From: Patescibacteria group bacterium
Lineage (GTDB): Bacteria; Patescibacteriota; Dojkabacteria; JAKAPS01; JAJZLI01
Direction: 5' to 3'
Length of the DNA stretch: 43,203 nucleotides
NCBI GenBank assembly: GCA_023380695.1
Contig: JAMCRT010000001.1
Span: 1 to 43,203 of the forward strand
The notes under the pieces were generated by a model. It saw only the letters and a list, made by a program, of their open reading frames with translations. It did not search any database and was not told the DNA's origin. The position numbers and the translations under genes are program-made. Below, piece by piece: positions 1 through 8,349 of the stretch; position 1 is the first letter of the stretch, and every line of letters begins with the position of its first letter.

Positions 1-96
1 AGAATATTTCAGAGATGTATATTGTTTTTTATTATTTTAATAGTGGATAAAATGAATAATATATTTTTGTTTAGAAGTCAAAAAATTCATATATAT

Positions 97-1118
97 TTAA
101 TTCTTGTATGTTGAGTTATAACCTTCTTCTTCAAATAACGGTTCAAACCATTCGACTAACTCAGTAATGGTTTTAAATGTAGTAGGAATAGGATTATTAG
201 TTATAAATTTGCCGCCAAGGTTTTGGTTATTGTGAGCTTCTCCAGTTCTTCTTGGATGATTGTATATAAATGAATCATAGAAATCTTTTGGAACTCTAGA
301 ATGATGTGAGAATATAAAGTCTTTCCATCTTTCCCTTAATTTATTTTCTGATATACCAGGTTTATCTATTATTTCTACAAATTCTAATTTTCTTGTGTTA
401 TTCCCCCCCCCAACTTTTAATAGGTTAATTGCATCTTTGTCAGTTTTAGGGATACTATATCCAAATATTGTAAGAGCAAAACATCTTTTTAGATAAAATG
501 TTAGTTTATTCCATTCATCCTTTATGAATGGGTCTTTACTATAATTTTTTTTGTTCTATTGGATAGATAAGTTTTGTTGGTGTAAGATTTTTCCACATTT
601 GGGACATTTATTTTTATGAGAGACTTTAATATTATGTTTAAGACATACTCCCATTGAAACATTCCCATGTAGGAATGCACATTCTGGAAGATTACAAACA
701 CCTTCGCTATGTAGTCGAGAATAAGATTGCGTCAAAAATGGATCCCAATTAAATGTTGCTATCAAATCCTTTTTTCTTAAAGATAAAATCAGATAGTCAT
801 ATAGATTTGGAGAATCTGGGATCTTTAGTGAATTGAAATAGGTATATACTTTATCCTCTATTGTTTTTAGATGGATATCATTCTTATCAGATAATTGAGA
901 ATATGCTTTCTCAAAATCATTTCTCGCCATATCTTTTAGATTAGTAGGGAACATATCTATAAGATCTAATGTTTTCGCCATATCTTTTAATAAAGGTATT
1001 TGTTTTCCGTTTTTATCACCATTGGGGAGTGTAGCTCTACTGGCCCCTGCTCTCAGTAGTACAATAGAGGCCTATTCATAGATGTATCATCAATTTCTTG
1101 CTCAATATTTACTTTCAT
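97..1118 (-). pseudogene. SIR2-like (SIR2_2-type) domain protein, disrupted by one frameshift and one in-frame TAG
   Basis: From the ATG at 1118 the minus strand reads MKVNIEQEIDDTSMNRP and stops at 1053-1055. Shifted one frame it reads ASIVLLRAGASRATLPNG (GAGxS-type NAD-binding motif), then IATFNWDPFL and LHGNV inside listed ORF 556..981. An in-frame TAG sits at 556-558. About 150 further stop-free codons in the same frame run to TAA at 97-99. Confidence 0.55.
403..411 (-). repeat. C9 homopolymer (G9 on the coding strand), read as three GGG codons
   Basis: Nine consecutive C are conspicuous in very AT-rich DNA. They lie in frame (V-G-G-G-N) inside the 3' part of the SIR2-like reading frame. 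Confidence 0.9.
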
Positions 1119-1213
1119 CACTATTTTTCCTTGTTTCTTTTTGTATTATATGGAATTGAATTGTTTATTAATAGCATATAGAGCAAATTAAGCTTGTTAT
1201 AGGTTGTATTAAC

Positions 1214-1822
1214 TTATATTTTTGAAGGAAATAATTCAGAAAATTTTTCTTGCATAAAAATACTCTTTATATCTGGTTCAATTCCCAGATAACCTTTTAT
1301 TGTAGTAGTATTATCTTTATCCTTTATCATTCTTCTTAAAAAACATATTGATTTACCACTTCCATCTTCAATATAATATAGAGCCCCCTGATCTTCTTCA
1401 CTTTGAACTGCAGGTCTTAGTATAATAGTAAATTTATCTTTCCATTCACTTTTATTATTAACAGGAAATTCTAAATCTTTATACCATAATGTTTCTCTAT
1501 TTGGTTTCCAATTGTTGAAACAATCTTTTGTCTTTAATACTTTTAAAGATTGATTTTCATTTTCAAATATATTATTTGATATTGCACAATCATTTAAGAA
1601 AGATTGATTTATAGATATTTCTTCCCAAGTTTCATATCCTGGGATAATACCTACTTTTAATTCATGTGTATAAAATAACATATCAATATTGTTAGGGTTG
1701 TCTTTATTGTTGGGATTTTGAATTTTTTCTAAAATAGATTCTAGTTCATTTTTTTTAAATTCGTTTTTCTTAATCTCATTTTGTATATAGATTTTTACTA
1801 ATTCTATTCTATCTATTGTCAT
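1214..1822 (-). CDS. hypothetical protein (202 aa), middle gene of the left-edge three-gene block
   Basis: Long ORF in AT-rich DNA. It is co-directional with the flanking genes, with gaps of about 52 and 95 nt. I recognise no motif. Confidence 0.6.
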   Translation of the reverse strand: MTIDRIELVKIYIQNEIKKNEFKKNELESILEKIQNPNNKDNPNNIDMLFYTHELKVGIIPGYETWEEISINQSFLNDCAISNNIFENENQSLKVLKTKDCFNNWKPNRETLWYKDLEFPVNNKSEWKDKFTIILRPAVQSEEDQGALYYIEDGSGKSICFLRRMIKDKDNTTTIKGYLGIEPDIKSIFMQEKFSELFPSKI

Positions 1823-1874
1823 TATTTATAATTAAAATGAATATAATAAATATTATTCAGTGTTTTTTTAATAT

Positions 1875-2771
1875 TCATATTTTATCTAGTGCGTCCATCT
1901 GTTTTATAGCATTATAAAGCTGCCTATAACAATTTGCCATTTTTGGATTATCTGGATCTAGTTTACCAACATCTTTTGCTGCTTTTGCAAGTTTTATTAA
2001 AACTCCAGGTATATACTTTTCTGGAATATCTTTTACTTGTCCTCCTCTGAAATTTGTAACAATACTTTGTATTGCACTTTGAAGTCTTTTGATCCGGATA
2101 GTTCCGTTGTTTTCAAGGTATGGTAATTTCCATGTATAAGGATTATTAGGATCACCAATATATGCAAAGCAACGTGCTGGCAGTTTATATTGTTTGTTTA
2201 AAAGTTCATCATTAGTTTCTGAGTTTTGGTTATGTACAGTTTTTTCTTCTTTATCTTTATTGAAATTTACGGATATTGTTTTTTTCTTGTCAATTCCATT
2301 CTTGCTTATATAATATAAGTCTTCATGTGGTTCTTCAGCATCTAGAGGTATAAAAATTCTTGGGGTTGTTGATCCTCCTTCTACATTTAGAATATATAGT
2401 TTATTGCCATCACAGACTCCTATGGTTGATATTTTCTGTTTGTATGCATATCTTAAAGCTTGATTTATATGTTTTTCAAGTTGAAGTATATTCCATGTTA
2501 TTCCTCCAGGTCTTTTTGCTTCAATTACAATTCTTTTGATACCTAATTTTGTAATTTCTATATCTGCATAATCTACCTGATAGTTAATATCTCTCAAATC
2601 CCAATCAAGTACTTCCGTAAACAGATAAGATAATATATTTTCTGTAACTTTTTCTGGGGTTTTACCAAATCTTTCATTTTGTACAAGAAAATCTTTTCTT
2701 TTGATTTTAAAATCCTTCCAATTTGTGTTGAGTCTTTCAAGAAATTTTATATATTTTGCTTGATTTTCCAT
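1875..2771 (-). CDS. PD-(D/E)xK nuclease-like protein with an HsdR_N-type N-terminal domain
   Basis: The N-terminal 100 aa read ...VDYADIEITKLGIKRIVIEAKRPGG. This is a D...E-x-K arrangement typical of the type I restriction R-subunit N-terminal domain family. The C-terminal 150 aa are unrecognised. Confidence 0.6.
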   Translation of the reverse strand: MENQAKYIKFLERLNTNWKDFKIKRKDFLVQNERFGKTPEKVTENILSYLFTEVLDWDLRDINYQVDYADIEITKLGIKRIVIEAKRPGGITWNILQLEKHINQALRYAYKQKISTIGVCDGNKLYILNVEGGSTTPRIFIPLDAEEPHEDLYYISKNGIDKKKTISVNFNKDKEEKTVHNQNSETNDELLNKQYKLPARCFAYIGDPNNPYTWKLPYLENNGTIRIKRLQSAIQSIVTNFRGGQVKDIPEKYIPGVLIKLAKAAKDVGKLDPDNPKMANCYRQLYNAIKQMDALDKI

Positions 2772-2886
2772 TTTCCTTATTATAGATCATACATTGTTTT
2801 TTATAAATAGGATTAATGGTAACCGTTCAGGATTTGCCAAGAAATTTTTCTATCTATATTATCGTATTATAATTTTAAATTCCTCA

Positions 2887-2897
2887 AAGGAGGTGAT
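2887..2897 (+). promoter_or_regulatory. strong Shine-Dalgarno AAGGAGGTGAT
   Basis: This 11-nt anti-SD complement lies 4 nt upstream of the ATG at 2902. The same 11-mer occurs at 41149-41159. Confidence 0.75.
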
Positions 2898-2901
2898 TTT
2901 T

Positions 2902-3219
2902 ATGTACAAAAGAATGACAACAATGACTCCAGCTGGGGTAGATATAACTTTAGATGATTTCATTAAAGAATTAGAAGTAGAAAGAACAAAAAAGAATAAT
3001 CTCACTATTAATAGTATCGCCAGTATTAACGGTATCAATATTGATACTAGTATGATAGAGACTCTAAGGAATGAAAATGGTCAATTAGTACTAAGTATTA
3101 ATGGTAAAATTTTGAGAGATATAGTTGATGTTTATATAGAATATGGAAATAATGAAGGAAATATTGATAGCCATGGACAATCATACTATATTCAGTATAT
3201 TCAAATTATAGATTCCTAA
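2902..3219 (+). CDS. hypothetical small protein (105 aa); listed ORF 2794..3219 trimmed to the SD-preceded ATG
   Basis: The in-frame ATG at 2902 (MYKRMTTMTPAGVD...) directly follows AAGGAGGTGAT. The upstream 36 codons are low-complexity and overlap the divergent promoter region. Confidence 0.6.
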   Translation: MYKRMTTMTPAGVDITLDDFIKELEVERTKKNNLTINSIASINGINIDTSMIETLRNENGQLVLSINGKILRDIVDVYIEYGNNEGNIDSHGQSYYIQYIQIIDS

Positions 3220-3244
3220 AATAAGAGATATACACATTATATTT

Positions 3245-3505
3245 TTATCTATAAAGTTGACTATGGCTACCTACTGCCACAAATAACACTTTATTTTGAT
3301 TAATGACTTTTAAATGTAATCTCAAATCTCCACCTGCACTAATTGAGTAATAACCTAACCATTTATCCTTTAATACATGGTTTCTTAGTGAAGGGCTATA
3401 AATATCTTCTAAAAATAATTTTATAGTATTCCTTACTTTCTTTTGTTTTTGTACAGGTAATTTTTTAAATTGTTTTTCAAATGTCTTTGTAAAATCTGCA
3501 TCCAT
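3245..3505 (-). CDS. RelE/YafQ-family type II toxin
   Basis: 86 aa. The C-terminal part reads LRNHVLKDKWLGYYSISAGGDLRLHLKV...VAVGSHSQLYR, which is typical of RelE/YafQ mRNA interferases. An antitoxin gene lies 5 nt upstream. Confidence 0.85.
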   Translation of the reverse strand: MDADFTKTFEKQFKKLPVQKQKKVRNTIKLFLEDIYSPSLRNHVLKDKWLGYYSISAGGDLRLHLKVINQNKVLFVAVGSHSQLYR

Positions 3506-3510
3506 TCTTT

Positions 3511-3795
3511 TTATTTTTTCATCAATTCATCGAGATAAACTAACGCTTCTGCAGGACTATTAGTGTGAATTATATTATGATCATTCTTGTAGTCAAAATT
3601 TGCTTTATGCATAATCTCTTCAAGATAAGGAGTTGGTTCTAAGCTAGTACTAAGTACTACACGTCTATCTCTTAACACTTGTTTAACAATCATATTTATA
3701 AATGCAGTAGTAGATACCCCAAGTTCTTTTGCAAAAGCTTTAACCTCTTCTTTTGTTTCAGAATCTGTTTTTATATTTAATAATACGCTACTTAT
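3511..3795 (-). CDS. RelB/DinJ-like ribbon-helix-helix antitoxin; no canonical start codon for the RHH part
   Basis: The listed ORF starts at ATG 3693. The same frame is open upstream and reads SSVLLNIKTDSETKEEVKAFAKELGVSTTAFINM. This parallels MDTVISVRVNKGVKEYAKEVATSCGLTLSAVINS of the paralogue at 7808..8077. Only ATA (3793-3795) or ATT (3796-3798) are available as starts. Confidence 0.55.
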   Translation of the reverse strand: MSSVLLNIKTDSETKEEVKAFAKELGVSTTAFINMIVKQVLRDRRVVLSTSLEPTPYLEEIMHKANFDYKNDHNIIHTNSPAEALVYLDELMKK

Positions 3796-3909
3796 AATAT
3801 ATACATTGTATACCTATTGTATATATATGCCAAATTTTTGTATAGGTCACATATATTCTGGATCTTGGGTGTAGACTGAAAATAAAATTTATGGATGATA
3901 TAATTGTAA

Positions 3910-4524
3910 TTAATATATTAGGCTATACTCAATCAACTTATTTTTTATTATATTCTTATCTATTTTAAATCCTTTCATAAATATTAATTCTTCAGAATAA
4001 TCTATATCTTTAAAATATGCTAATTGTGAACGGAAAATTTTTTCATTGAATTCATTTTTAAATATTAATTTAGCATTATCAATGATTGGTTTTATAGATC
4101 CATATTTTTCTGCTATAAAATATAAATCTACATAATCTTTCCATTTATTACGTCTCCCTATTGCATAAGCTTTCATTGCTGCAAGTGAAAGTAAGTCTGG
4201 CATAGATATTGGAATCTCTATATTTTTATAAGTTTTTATGTGAAATGGGTAATAGAAAAATGTAATTCTTATACCAGAGTATACTATTGAATATTCCTCT
4301 TTATTATCAACCATTACATTCTCAATTTTACTAGTTTTAGGGAGTTTATTTCTTATGGTGTTAGCATTTATATATGTAGAAGATGCTAAGTCAAAATCAA
4401 TAGATCTGCGATGGCCTAGATATAAAGCTATAGCAGTACCTCCCACCAGATAGAAATTGTTAGAATAATTTTCTAGAACAGGGAGTAATTGAAATTCTTC
4501 ATCTGATAATATAGTTTTATGCAT
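3910..4524 (-). CDS. AbiEii/AbiGii-family nucleotidyltransferase toxin
   Basis: The motif FYLVGGTAIALYLGHRRSIDFDLAS matches the GGTAL...hR.S.DiDf signature of AbiEii-type nucleotidyltransferases. The gene overlaps the upstream gene by 8 nt. Confidence 0.75.
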   Translation of the reverse strand: MHKTILSDEEFQLLPVLENYSNNFYLVGGTAIALYLGHRRSIDFDLASSTYINANTIRNKLPKTSKIENVMVDNKEEYSIVYSGIRITFFYYPFHIKTYKNIEIPISMPDLLSLAAMKAYAIGRRNKWKDYVDLYFIAEKYGSIKPIIDNAKLIFKNEFNEKIFRSQLAYFKDIDYSEELIFMKGFKIDKNIIKNKLIEYSLIY

Positions 4525-4771
4525 AGCGGTTAAAATATAGAGTAAAATAATTTTTTACTTCAGGGCGATAATTACATCTTTCCAAACTAATACTTTGTCT
4601 AAAGATAAGTGCTATTTTTTTAATGCCTAATATTTTTACTAGTTCTTGAAAATCTTCCCAGCTTCCATAGTTTAACACGGATTCTATAATAACACCTTCT
4701 GACATAGTATGATAAGATTTAGAATACCATACAAGATAGGGTCTTGTCTTTATAAAATCAATTATCTCCAT
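4517..4771 (-). CDS. small partner protein of the AbiEii-like toxin (putative antitoxin)
   Basis: 84 aa, translationally overlapped with the toxin gene. TATAAT lies 6 nt upstream of its ATG. It is not a canonical long AbiEi. Confidence 0.5.
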   Translation of the reverse strand: MEIIDFIKTRPYLVWYSKSYHTMSEGVIIESVLNYGSWEDFQELVKILGIKKIALIFRQSISLERCNYRPEVKNYFTLYFNRYA

Positions 4772-4864
4772 GTAATAATTATATTATATGCTTGTATATA
4801 TAGCAAAATAATTAAGAGAAAAGATATAAAATTGAGTTGTATCAGACTATGACCTGAATATAGA

Positions 4865-4890
4865 TATTTTCAGATTATAATCTGAAAATA
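4865..4890. repeat. perfect 26-bp palindrome TATTTTCAGATTA|TAATCTGAAAATA
   Basis: Read directly. It lies in a divergent intergenic region about 95 nt upstream of the AbiE-like operon start. Confidence 0.9.
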
Positions 4891-5069
4891 AATTTTTGAG
4901 CTTTAGAAAGTTGGGCGTTATAATAAGACTTGATATTGACTATATTTATATTGTTGATAGAAAGTGTACTATAATGTACACCTTCTGTATGTATTCAAGT
5001 ATTGTTAAATAGATTACGAAACATATAAGACTCTTAAATGAGTAAAAAGAGGAATGAAATAATCAATAA

Positions 5070-5321
5070 CCAATACAATATAAATATTTAGAAAAAGCTG
5101 TATCTACTATTCTTGCTCTAATTAGAAAAATCTTAAATGTTAACAAAATCGTATTTGTTGTTAACAAAAAAGATATAAAAATTAAGCCTGTTACAATCAG
5201 TATTGATTCTTTGGCCTCAAAATATTCACCATTGTATAGTGGAAAAGATATCAATGATGTTGTGAAAGATGCAAGAAGGGAACATGCAAATAGACAAAAT
5301 AATTATATAAAGGTAAAATAA
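5070..5321 (+). other. stop-free 83-codon frame without ATG/GTG/TTG start (gene relic or non-canonically initiated small gene)
   Basis: The frame reads PIQYKYLEKAVSTILALIRKILNVNKIVFVVNKKDIKIKPVTISIDSLASKYSPLYSGKDINDVVKDARREHANRQNNYIKVK*. A frame this long without a stop is unlikely by chance in such AT-rich DNA. Listed ORF 5063..5254 is its antisense shadow. Confidence 0.3.
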
Positions 5322-5354
5322 ATTTTTAAAATATTAATCTATATATTTTAAATT

Positions 5355-5912
5355 ATGACTAACATACATAATAAAAATATAATAAACATTATAGATATAG
5401 AAGCCACATGTTGGGAGAATAAAGTTGCACCCAAGGATCAATTTAGTGAGATTATAGAGATAGGTATTTGTGAAGTTAATTTATCTGATTTTTCTCAAAT
5501 TTCAAAAGAATCTATATTAATCAAACCTATTCACTCAGAAATAAGTGAATTTTGTACTAATTTGACTACTATAACTTCAGATATGATAGAAAAGGATGGA
5601 ATTACATTTTCTGATGCATGTTTAATACTTTATAAAAAGTATGATAGTCATAATAGAATATGGGCAAGTTGGGGAGATTACGATAGAAAAATATTTGAAG
5701 AAGAATGTAAATATTATAATATAAAGTATCCATTTAGATCTCATATAAATCTAAAACCAGTTTTTTCTATTTTCTTCAATATAAAAGAGATGGGAATGCA
5801 AAAAGCTTTAGATTATCTAAAATTACCACTTGTTGGTACACATCACAGAGGTGTAGATGATGCTTTTAATATTGCATCTATATTAGAGGTAATGATGAAA
5901 TCACGCATTTAA
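5355..5912 (+). CDS. DEDDh 3'-5' exonuclease (KapD/ERI-1-like)
   Basis: Exo I motif IIDIEATCWE and Exo III motif HHRGVDDAFNIA; 185 aa. Confidence 0.85.
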   Translation: MTNIHNKNIINIIDIEATCWENKVAPKDQFSEIIEIGICEVNLSDFSQISKESILIKPIHSEISEFCTNLTTITSDMIEKDGITFSDACLILYKKYDSHNRIWASWGDYDRKIFEEECKYYNIKYPFRSHINLKPVFSIFFNIKEMGMQKALDYLKLPLVGTHHRGVDDAFNIASILEVMMKSRI

Positions 5913-6047
5913 AACTGACCTAGATCAAAAATAGAAAATTTACAGTAAAATCTGATTATGAAAATATTGATCTTTGGTATATTATCTTTTATACAATATT
6001 ATTATCAATACATTTTCAAGTTGTTATACTTACTGTAATATAATGAT

Positions 6048-6323
6048 ATGGACGTTCAAACTATTGGTACAAGAGAAATTATTAACAATTATCCTAAGAT
6101 TTTTGAGAGGATCAAGAAAACTAAAGAACCCATTGTAATATATAAACAAAAGACTCCTCAGGTAGCAGTTATTAGCTTAGACGATTTAGAAAAATTAATG
6201 AACATTAAAAGTAGTAACAGCGTAGTTAATGCAATAAGATTTGCTAAAGAAGCCAGAGAAATCCTTAATGATGAAGATCTTCCGTCTGATTTATCTTTAA
6301 AATATGATGATAGAATAACCTAA
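6048..6323 (+). CDS. Phd/YefM-family antitoxin-like protein, no adjacent toxin
   Basis: The N-terminus TREIINNYPKIFERIKKTKEPIVIYKQKTPQVAVISLDDLEKL is typical of Phd/YefM. The next gene is a transporter. Confidence 0.5.
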   Translation: MDVQTIGTREIINNYPKIFERIKKTKEPIVIYKQKTPQVAVISLDDLEKLMNIKSSNSVVNAIRFAKEAREILNDEDLPSDLSLKYDDRIT

Positions 6324-6325
6324 TT

Positions 6326-7483
6326 ATGAGGGATAGGTGGTTAAATAAAAATATCTTGTTATTATCTTTATCTGCCTTTTTTGCAGATTTTGGATATCAA
6401 GCAGTTCTCATTTTATTTCCAATCTATTTAGTTTTCATACTACATTTACCTGTATATATTTATGGTATTATAACGGCTTTAAGTTTTGGAATAGGATCTT
6501 TATTCTCATATTTAGGAGGATTACTGGGTGATAAATTTAACAAAAAATATATTGTAATACTTGGAAATTCTCTTATTCCCCTGATGTCTTTGAGTGTTAT
6601 TTTTCATAGTATATGGATAATATCAATACTATATATTATTGCTTGGTGGGCAAGGTATTTTAGAACTCCTGCAAGAAGAACATTAGTATCAGAGTCAAGT
6701 AAAAGCAAATATAGATCAAAGGTGTTTGGATTTTTACATGCCCTAGATATATTAGGAGGAGTTTTTGCAATATCATTTTCTGTACTTTTTATTTTTCTTG
6801 GAATAGGTATAAAGGATATTATTATAATAAGTATAATTCCAATTTTGATATCTACAATACTTCTATTCTTTATAGATAATAAGAACAAAGTAGAGGAAGT
6901 TATAGAGAAAAAAGAAAATATCAATGTAAATATAGATAAGATAATCCTTATATCTTTATTTATAGCAACACTATTTTATGGATTTAGCTCTTTTAATTTA
7001 GGGTTTCCTATACTTACAATAGTGTCTGTTGGTAATACATATATACTTGCAATACTAGCTTATGGAATCTATCTTTTGGTTTCAGCATTTTCAGGATATA
7101 TATTAGGGAGTCTTAAAATTTCTCCTATGAAAGCTATATGGAGTCTAGGATATTTAACATCTGCTATTGGTGCATTGTTTATAGGATGTATATATTTATT
7201 AGATTTGAATTTTATATTTTACTATATTGCAATAATAATACTTGGCATAGGTATGGGTGCTATTGAAACATATGAACCTACATTAGTATCTTTGATCCCC
7301 TCAGATAAAAAATCTACGAATATGGGATATCTTAGTATGTTTAGAAGTATTGGTCTTTTTATATCAAATCTTGTTATTGGGTTTTTATTTGTTATAAATC
7401 AATCGGATGCATATTTTTATGCATTTTTATCTGCTTTAATTGCAAGTCTAATTATTTTTAGGGTTTCAAGAAAATATCAATGA
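6326..7483 (+). CDS. MFS-type transporter
   Basis: 385 aa, about 10-12 hydrophobic helices, with a central hydrophilic loop. Confidence 0.7.
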   Translation: MRDRWLNKNILLLSLSAFFADFGYQAVLILFPIYLVFILHLPVYIYGIITALSFGIGSLFSYLGGLLGDKFNKKYIVILGNSLIPLMSLSVIFHSIWIISILYIIAWWARYFRTPARRTLVSESSKSKYRSKVFGFLHALDILGGVFAISFSVLFIFLGIGIKDIIIISIIPILISTILLFFIDNKNKVEEVIEKKENINVNIDKIILISLFIATLFYGFSSFNLGFPILTIVSVGNTYILAILAYGIYLLVSAFSGYILGSLKISPMKAIWSLGYLTSAIGALFIGCIYLLDLNFIFYYIAIIILGIGMGAIETYEPTLVSLIPSDKKSTNMGYLSMFRSIGLFISNLVIGFLFVINQSDAYFYAFLSALIASLIIFRVSRKYQ

Positions 7484-7540
7484 ATTTCTTTATTTTATCT
7501 ATAATAATAAGTTTTAGAAAAGATAGATAATATATTTTGA

Positions 7541-7801
7541 TTACCCATAGAGTTGGCTATGAGAACCAATAAGTGCAAAAATTATTAATGTTTCACCTTG
7601 TAGTATATATAGAGCCCTGATATCCCCGTTAATATTCATACTCCAGTACCCTTTATAATTACCTTTCAGTGGATGAACTCTCAGTCTAGCATCTGTGGGA
7701 TCTACAAGTAAAAGTTTTAACCTATCCCTGAATTGATTCTGAATTTTCAAAGGTAATTTCTGAAACTGTTTTTTGAACTTAGGAAGGTATTGGATTTGCA
7801 T
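7541..7801 (-). CDS. RelE/YafQ-family type II toxin (paralogue of 3245..3505)
   Basis: 86 aa, reading LRVHPLKGNYKGYWSMNINGDIRALYIL...ALIGSHSQLYG. Confidence 0.85.
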   Translation of the reverse strand: MQIQYLPKFKKQFQKLPLKIQNQFRDRLKLLLVDPTDARLRVHPLKGNYKGYWSMNINGDIRALYILQGETLIIFALIGSHSQLYG

Positions 7802-7807
7802 AAATAA

Positions 7808-8077
7808 TTATTTTTTTAAGTCATCAATAAAATCATCAACATTGTCAAATTTCTTACTAACCTTATTTTCTTTTAATTCTTTTTCTACCTCCCCTATAAG
7901 TTTTGAAAGTTTTGTACTCATAGGTTCTGGAGAGTAAATTTCAATACGCCTAGTTGTCGCAATTTGTATTAAATAAGAGTTTATAACAGCACTAAGAGTA
8001 AGACCACAAGATGTAGCAACTTCCTTTGCATATTCTTTAACTCCTTTATTTACTCTAACACTTATAACTGTATCCAT
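7808..8077 (-). CDS. RelB/DinJ-like RHH antitoxin (start moved to the third in-frame ATG)
   Basis: MDTVISVRVNKGVKEYAKEVATSCGLTLSAVINSYL is RHH-like. A start at 8113 would overlap the ilvN stop. TATAAT lies 7 nt upstream of the ATG at 8077. Confidence 0.7.
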   Translation of the reverse strand: MDTVISVRVNKGVKEYAKEVATSCGLTLSAVINSYLIQIATTRRIEIYSPEPMSTKLSKLIGEVEKELKENKVSKKFDNVDDFIDDLKK

Positions 8078-8109
8078 ACTACGTATTATATACATTGTAG
8101 TTATAAATA

Positions 8110-8349
8110 TCAACCTACTGATATTTTTATTTCTAAATTTATAACTCCAACTATATTTGTTATTGATTTTTGAAAAAGATTTGTGTTTTGAGACTTATTT
8201 AAAGTAAGTGTAATTGTGGATATATATTGATCTTGTTTTTTTATTTCCATATATTCTATTTTAAAACCCAGCCGTTTTATGATGGACACTATTTTCATTA
8301 ATGTATTTCCCTGATCTATAATTGTAATTGTGTATTTATTTTTAATCAT
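8110..8349 (-). CDS. ilvN: acetolactate synthase small (ACT-domain regulatory) subunit
   Basis: 79 aa with an ACT-like pattern (TITIIDQGNTLMKIVSIIKRLGFKIEYMEI). It overlaps the stop of the large subunit gene by 4 nt. Confidence 0.6.
   Translation of the reverse strand: MIKNKYTITIIDQGNTLMKIVSIIKRLGFKIEYMEIKKQDQYISTITLTLNKSQNTNLFQKSITNIVGVINLEIKISVG

Noticed and set aside
403-411. The C9/G9 homopolymer as the cause of the break in the SIR2-like gene
   Set aside because: Codon-by-codon reading shows the nine G form three in-frame GGG codons. The actual lesions are the TAG at 556-558 and a frameshift near 1056-1071.
553-1075. Stop-codon reassignment (TAG read as sense, or an alternative genetic code) to explain in-frame TAGs in the SIR2-like gene
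   Set aside because: All long housekeeping genes in the window translate uninterrupted under the standard code. The N-terminal region also needs a frameshift and contains in-frame TGA codons, so gene decay or sequence error is more parsimonious.
2794-2901. The upstream 36 codons of listed ORF 2794..3219
   Set aside because: A near-perfect Shine-Dalgarno sits immediately before the in-frame ATG at 2902. The upstream extension is low-complexity and overlaps the divergent promoter region.
5063-5254. Listed 63-aa minus-strand ORF
   Set aside because: It is hydrophobic and low-complexity. It lies antisense to a longer, protein-like, stop-free plus-strand frame (5070-5321), so it is probably a shadow ORF.
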